DNA of 32,000 nucleotides from Microcystis aeruginosa NIES-843 (GTDB lineage Bacteria; Cyanobacteriota; Cyanobacteriia; Cyanobacteriales; Microcystaceae): NCBI RefSeq assembly GCF_000010625.1, contig NC_010296.1, positions 1,140,001 to 1,172,000 of the forward strand, read 5' to 3'. Shown piece by piece: positions 27,213 to 32,000 of this stretch (position 1 is its first letter; each line of letters starts with the position of its first letter). The notes under the pieces were generated by a model. It saw only the letters and a program-made list of their open reading frames with translations, ran no database searches and was not told where the DNA came from. The position numbers and the translations under genes were made by a program.

Positions 27213-27256
27213 GCCTTTTTTCAGTAAACAGTAATCGGTGAACTGAAAACTCACAT

Positions 27257-27291
27257 CTGATAACTGATAACTGATAACTGATAACTGATAA
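27257..27291 (+). repeat. (CTGATAA)5 heptamer tandem array
   Basis: Direct reading. It lies 44 nt downstream of the G-rich array and 95 nt upstream of the cyclophilin ATG. Confidence 0.95.
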
Positions 27292-27386
27292 TGGCTTCGA
27301 TCGGTTTTCTCACCTATTGACAAGGGATCCGCTAAAAGCCTACAAGTATTTTGGATAGGTATGGCCATTGAGGAACCGACCAAAAT

Positions 27387-28505
27387 ATGAAAATAAAGAC
27401 AAGATTACGGGAATCGGGCAAATTTTTCTTAAAAAGCGGTGCTAGTATTGCCCTAGCACTATTTTTAATCTTAAGTCTGTTCACGGTTAAGGGGACTGCT
27501 CCTGCTTTAGCTGTGCTTGCTCAGGGTGATGCGGTAACGGATCCCACCGCTATTTTACGCAATGCCTTACCCATAGATAATAAACCAATTCGCCAAGTGC
27601 AACAATCGATCGAAGATATTGCCAAACATCTGCGGGCCAAACGTTGGAGTCCGATTAAAAAAGATGTCAAGGATGCCAATTATGCCCTTTCTACCAAAAG
27701 CAAGGCTATCTTAGATAGTGTTCCCGAAGCAAGTAAAAGCCAAGGGGAGGAATTAATCGAAAAACTCAAAACGGGAGTGGCAGACCTCGATACGGCCGTA
27801 GAAGCGAAGGATAAAGAGGCAGTTTGGTCAACCAGACGGGAATTGCTCAATAATATCACCGCTTTAGAAGAATTAATGGTGGTGGGTTTTCCCTTTAACG
27901 TTCCCCCAGAATACGCTAACTTGCCGCAATTGCGAGGACGCGCCACCGTAGAGATGCAGACCACCAAAGGAGATTTAACTATCGTTGTCGATGGTTACAG
28001 CGCTCCGATTAATGGGGGTAACTTTGTGGATTTAGTCCAACGGGGTTTTTATGATGGTTTACCCTTCATTCGCAGCGAAGATAATTTCGTTGTCCAAACC
28101 GGGGATCCCGTTGGTGCCGAAGAGGGATTTATTGACCCTAAAACTAAGCAATATCGCTCTATTCCCCTAGAAATTTTGATTAAAGGAGAAGAAGAACCAG
28201 TTTATGGCAATACTCTCGAAGAATTAGGGATTTACTTACCCAGTCTCGCCTTACCTTTTAACGCTTTCGGTGCATTGGCCCTAGCGCGTCCGGATACTAA
28301 TCCTAATGGGGGTTCCTCGCAATTCTTTTTCTTTAAATTCGATAATGAATTAACTCCTCCTGGGTTTAATCTCATGGATGGTCGTTATTCGGTTTTTGGC
28401 TATTTAGTCCAGGGAAAAGAGGTGTTAGAAGAACTTACCGATCAGGATAAGATTATCACCGCTAAAGTGCTTTATGGCTTAAATAATCTCATTCAACCTA
28501 GCTAG
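27387..28505 (+). CDS. Cyclophilin-type peptidyl-prolyl isomerase with a long N-terminal helical domain (TLP40/CYP38-like, lumenal)
   Basis: Signal/anchor FLKSGASIALALFLILSLF...APALA. C-terminal cyclophilin motifs GNFVDLVQRGFYDGLPFIR, VVQTGDP and GGSSQFFF. Length 372 aa. Confidence 0.9.
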   Translation: MKIKTRLRESGKFFLKSGASIALALFLILSLFTVKGTAPALAVLAQGDAVTDPTAILRNALPIDNKPIRQVQQSIEDIAKHLRAKRWSPIKKDVKDANYALSTKSKAILDSVPEASKSQGEELIEKLKTGVADLDTAVEAKDKEAVWSTRRELLNNITALEELMVVGFPFNVPPEYANLPQLRGRATVEMQTTKGDLTIVVDGYSAPINGGNFVDLVQRGFYDGLPFIRSEDNFVVQTGDPVGAEEGFIDPKTKQYRSIPLEILIKGEEEPVYGNTLEELGIYLPSLALPFNAFGALALARPDTNPNGGSSQFFFFKFDNELTPPGFNLMDGRYSVFGYLVQGKEVLEELTDQDKIITAKVLYGLNNLIQPS

Positions 28506-28633
28506 GTTGGCCTTTTTAACTGGGTCTTGTCAAGGCAAAAGATTAGTCAAGATAGGGGAAGCAGCTCAGATTCTGGGCGCTTCCCCCGATATCCCCAGAA
28601 AGTAGCAATTGTCGGGGTAAATATTCCCCGCTA

Positions 28634-30472
28634 GTGAAGGCAAGGCAGCTAGTAAATGTTACTGTGTTAATGACCTTTTCAGTCCAGAGGAAGGTAAATC
28701 GTCCACTATTCGCTTATGTCGGAGTCAGCAGTCACGATCAAAAATTGGTTAATAAAATCAAAGTTCTCACCCCTGTTTTTGCCGATAATTTAGCCGAGCT
28801 TATTCGGGGATGCCTAGAGGATTTATTAATACAAATTTTCTATCAAAATGGAGAATTAGAAATTACTGTGATCGATAGTCCTTCTTCAGAAAAAGAGCAA
28901 GAAATTGTTCAAAAGTTTCAAGAGAAATATCTCTATATTATTGATCAAAGAACTGATAAATTAGAACAGCAAAAGAATAATCAATTGTGTAAAAACTATC
29001 AAGTACAGCGTGGGGAAATTAGTGATTTAGAAGTTAATCATGATCTAGGTGTACCCTTAACTGAAGATGAGCGAGAAAACTTACAAGTAATTCAATCTAT
29101 GTCCGAGCAGAGAAAACCTATTGTTGTAATTGATGGCGTTATTTTTCAAATTAACCAAGGAGGAATAGCGAGAGTTTGGTATTCAATTCTACAAGAATGG
29201 AGTAACTCAGAATTTGGTCAACATATTATTATTTTAGATAGAAATCAAACCGCACCGAGACTAAAAAACTTAAAATATTGGTTATTAGAAGCCTACGATT
29301 ATAATCATAGTGGAGAGGATACTAGAAAAATTCAAGCAATCTGCGATCAGCTGCAAGCAAGTTTATTTATTTCCACCTATTATACAACGCCTTTATTCAC
29401 TCCCGCAGTTCTCATGGTTCATGATATGATACCTGAAGTCCTAGAAGCGGATTTAAATCAACCAGAATGGCAAGAAAAACACTACAGTATTTTGTATGCG
29501 TCTCGTTATATTACCATATCAGCTAATACTGCCAAGGATTTAGTTAAGTTTTATCCCCACATTACCCAGGATAAAATTGATGTTGTTTATAATGGAGTCA
29601 GCCAAGAATTTTCTCGAAGTATAGCTCAAGAAATCGATGGTTTTAAGCAAAAATACCAGATTTTAAAACCCTATTTTCTCATCGTTGGTTCCCGCATTAG
29701 TCTCAAGGGTTATAAAAATGTCAAATTATTCTTTGAAGCTTGGAATAATTTACCTGAAAATAATAATTTAGCAGTGGTTTGTGTCGGTGGTGATTTAGAG
29801 TTAGAGCCAGAATTATCGAAATTAGCTCCAAATATTACCACCTATGTCTTAAAATTAGATGATCAGGATTTAAAAACCGCTTATTCGGGTGCAATTGCCT
29901 TAGTTTATCCTTCTCTTTATGAAGGATTTGGACTGCCAATTATTGAAGCAATGGCCTGTGGGTGTCCGGTGATTACTTGCTTTAACTCGGCGATTCCAGA
30001 GGTAGGAGGTGATGCAGTTTTATACATTGACGGCACCAGTATTGATGAGATGATACAAGCTATCAAAAAAATACAAATTCCTGAAATTCGTCAGCAACTA
30101 ATAGACAAAGGATTAGAGAGATATAAACAATTTTCTTGGCGGCAAAATTCCGAAAAAATTTCTCAAATTATCCTAAAAAATATTGACGAAGTTAAAGAAA
30201 ATCCTTCGGGTAAAGTTTGGTTAGAATTGAGAAAATTACAAGAGGAAAAACAAAATCAATCTCTCCAGTATTTAATTACATCTAGGAGTCTTAAAAAAAT
30301 GGAATATTCTCTAGAAAAATTCAAGAATCAGAATAGGGAATTATCAGAAAATATTGAGAGTCTGCAAGAGAAAATTAAGAGTTTATCTACAGCGAAATCA
30401 GCTATTAAAAGACTGCTTAAGATTGTCATCAAAAAATCTAAACTTGCTTACTTGATAAAAAAGAACTATTAG
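28634..30472 (+). CDS. Glycosyltransferase (GT4/GT1-type core) with an N-terminal GT2-like remnant and a C-terminal coiled coil
   Basis: GT4 signature YPSLYEGFGLPIIEAMACGCPVI. N-terminal segment KIKVLTPVFADNLAELIRGCLEDLL...ELEITVIDSPSSEKEQEIVQKF resembles the start of a GT2 but no DxD region follows. The C-terminal ~90 aa are heptad-like and K/E/Q/L-rich. The start is uncertain (GTG 28634 or ATG 28670). Confidence 0.8.
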   Translation: MKARQLVNVTVLMTFSVQRKVNRPLFAYVGVSSHDQKLVNKIKVLTPVFADNLAELIRGCLEDLLIQIFYQNGELEITVIDSPSSEKEQEIVQKFQEKYLYIIDQRTDKLEQQKNNQLCKNYQVQRGEISDLEVNHDLGVPLTEDERENLQVIQSMSEQRKPIVVIDGVIFQINQGGIARVWYSILQEWSNSEFGQHIIILDRNQTAPRLKNLKYWLLEAYDYNHSGEDTRKIQAICDQLQASLFISTYYTTPLFTPAVLMVHDMIPEVLEADLNQPEWQEKHYSILYASRYITISANTAKDLVKFYPHITQDKIDVVYNGVSQEFSRSIAQEIDGFKQKYQILKPYFLIVGSRISLKGYKNVKLFFEAWNNLPENNNLAVVCVGGDLELEPELSKLAPNITTYVLKLDDQDLKTAYSGAIALVYPSLYEGFGLPIIEAMACGCPVITCFNSAIPEVGGDAVLYIDGTSIDEMIQAIKKIQIPEIRQQLIDKGLERYKQFSWRQNSEKISQIILKNIDEVKENPSGKVWLELRKLQEEKQNQSLQYLITSRSLKKMEYSLEKFKNQNRELSENIESLQEKIKSLSTAKSAIKRLLKIVIKKSKLAYLIKKNY

Positions 30473-30473
30473 T

Positions 30474-31676
30474 CTAGTAGGCTTGTTTAGGAATAACTAA
30501 AATATCAATATATTCCCCAGTGTTTAAATTATCTTGATAAAATGTATCGAGAAAATCTAAACTTGTTTCAACAAATTTTCCCCCTCGCAATCTCCATACT
30601 CTAGAGGCAAAAGTTTCGATAAAGCTTAAATAACTTTTCTTTCCGGCTAGTCGATTAATTCCGTAGGGCCAAAATTCCACATATAAAGGAACAGATATTT
30701 CTCGAAAAAATTCTTGTCCTCCTTGAAATATTAGTCCTTCACTACCCTGACAATCTATCCAAACAAAACCAATTTTTTGAGGATTTAAGATTCCTCGATT
30801 CCTTAACTCATCTAGAGTAATAAACTCGGCTAATTCTCGCCTATAGTTGTCTTCATTAAATAAATTATCTGTGACATTGACTGGTTGAATACGGAAGTCG
30901 CCACAATTATCAGGGTTACAAACTAATTCTTCTGTACCGGTAAAATTAGCTAATCCGTAGTTCAATGCTTGTAGTCGCTCAGTTAACTGGTTAATCTGAG
31001 TATTAAAAGTCAGAAATTGATAATTTAAACCCGAAGCTTCGATAGAGATAGCGGACTGGAAGTAATTACCTTTTAAAGCATAAATGGATGTGGAGCCAAT
31101 ATTAGCACCCAAATCGAGAAAACAAGACTTATCGGGGTGGAATAGACTATGATTTTCCAGAAATGTCATACAGGCTAAAAAATCATTTAGCTGAAATGCT
31201 TTTCCCTGTAAAGCTCCCTGAAGTTGGACTTTATCAAAAGTGGGATAGAGTAAATAACCGTCAATTTCATCACTTTTGATCATAATTCCATACAGGGATT
31301 CTGGCGGCTTTTTGAGACTAAAATTATTGACCTGTTTATATTCTGCTGATTCTCCGAAAATATGTAATATTTCTAGTAAAGTATGGGAGGTATTCAGCCA
31401 ATATTCTAATTCTGAGTTATCGGGATTTCTTTTTAATAAATACTTGTATAAGTTAGTAATAAATTTTCCTTGCTGCTCATTATTATTTTGATTATTTTGG
31501 CTATTTTGTTGATGCTGCTGAAATTCAGAAGACTGTAAAAAAGACTGGATAACCTCCTGAAAAGAACGTCCTAATTTGATCTGTTCTAGATAGTATCTTT
31601 TACCTTCTATATCCGCAGCTCTCTGCAAAAAAGTTTCATAACAAAATTCAATAAAAGTTTCTGGTTGAATAAACAT
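30474..31676 (-). CDS. FkbM-family methyltransferase with two N-terminal DUF4214-like repeats
   Basis: DUF4214-like FIEFCYETFLQRAADIEGKRYYLEQI...SSEF and FITNLYKYLLKRNPDNSELEYWL...SAEY are separated by a Q/N-rich linker. The FkbM-like core includes CFLDLGANIGSTSIYAL. Its stop is 1 nt from the stop of the convergent GT gene. Confidence 0.8.
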   Translation of the reverse strand: MFIQPETFIEFCYETFLQRAADIEGKRYYLEQIKLGRSFQEVIQSFLQSSEFQQHQQNSQNNQNNNEQQGKFITNLYKYLLKRNPDNSELEYWLNTSHTLLEILHIFGESAEYKQVNNFSLKKPPESLYGIMIKSDEIDGYLLYPTFDKVQLQGALQGKAFQLNDFLACMTFLENHSLFHPDKSCFLDLGANIGSTSIYALKGNYFQSAISIEASGLNYQFLTFNTQINQLTERLQALNYGLANFTGTEELVCNPDNCGDFRIQPVNVTDNLFNEDNYRRELAEFITLDELRNRGILNPQKIGFVWIDCQGSEGLIFQGGQEFFREISVPLYVEFWPYGINRLAGKKSYLSFIETFASRVWRLRGGKFVETSLDFLDTFYQDNLNTGEYIDILVIPKQAY

Positions 31677-31721
31677 AATTAGTCATCAATTTTTATGAGT
31701 CAAAGATTTTTGGTGATTAAG

Positions 31722-32000
31722 TTAATAATCACTAGAAAGAAAATTTATCTGAGAAATAGCCAAGCTTAAGTTTCTATCATCATCGCTTAGTCCTAAATTT
31801 TTAGGTGATGTGGAACCCTCTATTTTTAATTCAATAGTTATTAGAGATGAGTTTTCATTGAGTAGATTTTTAGAGCAGTAAATAAACTTACGAAGATTAT
31901 TTTGGAAACGATTATATTCAAAGTTCCAAATATCCACTAATTTTTCATTTACCCATACCTCCACCTTAAGTGTAGGGTTTTCTGACGAGAGAAAAACTGT
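31722..32000 (-). CDS. C-terminal part of an unknown protein (partial, continues beyond the right edge)
   Basis: Track ORF 31722..31964 begins at a GTG. My reading shows the frame stays open upstream to base 32000 (...TVFLSSENPTLKVEVWVNEK...). It is AT-rich like its neighbours. Confidence 0.55.
   Translation of the reverse strand, partial: TVFLSSENPTLKVEVWVNEKLVDIWNFEYNRFQNNLRKFIYCSKNLLNENSSLITIELKIEGSTSPKNLGLSDDDRNLSLAISQINFLSSDY

Noticed and set aside
27072-27383. 103-aa minus-strand ORF (…PQFPTSPIPHLPNSPPPQFPTSP…)
   Set aside because: It is the translation of the G-rich heptamer and CTGATAA arrays. It shows low-complexity periodicity and no independent coding signal.
28800-32000. Absence of HIP1 (GCGATCGC) as evidence that the AT-rich block is foreign
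   Set aside because: By my scan the last full HIP1 octamer is at 23363..23370. The ordinary-composition genes between 23.4 and 28.6 kb also lack it. HIP1 absence therefore does not discriminate the island, and only the composition shift is used.

Overview
This is a cyanobacterial chromosomal window. The evidence is about 17 HIP1 GCGATCGC octamers counted by eye, heptameric STRR-type tandem repeats, and carotenoid, thylakoid and PEP-CTERM gene content. It looks Microcystis-like, which is inference only. I support about 25 protein genes. Left to right they are: the 5' end of a type I PKS that runs off the left edge (minus strand, missing from the ORF track); an adjacent polytopic membrane protein; an interrupted Uma2-family gene; a PEP-CTERM protein; pirin; two small unknown proteins; crtB and pds; a PacL-type P-type ATPase followed closely by an SLC13/TrkA_C permease; a membrane-anchored TPR protein; a translationally coupled REC-GGDEF regulator and periplasmic-binding-protein pair; a Ski2/HelY-like helicase; a second TPR protein; a DUF177/YceD protein; a GT9 glycosyltransferase; an M23 peptidase; serS; a form IV RuBisCO-like protein; a TLP40/CYP38-like cyclophilin; and a clearly AT-richer right-hand block holding a chimeric-looking GT4 glycosyltransferase, a DUF4214-FkbM methyltransferase and one more edge-truncated ORF. 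Most of the window is housekeeping. The points worth a second look are: (1) the PKSE-like KS plus membrane-protein pair at the left edge; (2) a ~353-bp structured non-coding element that splits the Uma2 gene in frame and ends like an IS200/IS605 right end (candidate TnpB omega-RNA remnant); (3) a promoter- and terminator-bounded ~45-nt candidate sRNA complementary to the 5' UTR of the neighbouring PEP-CTERM gene; (4) two copies of a ~213-bp MITE with compensatory changes in its terminal inverted repeats; (5) long G-quadruplex-capable heptamer arrays paired with CTGATAA arrays in promoter regions; (6) TGTAG-palindrome mini-repeats, one of them translated inside the PKS. I saw no tRNA, rRNA or CRISPR. 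All homology calls rest on motifs I recognise by eye, not on database searches.
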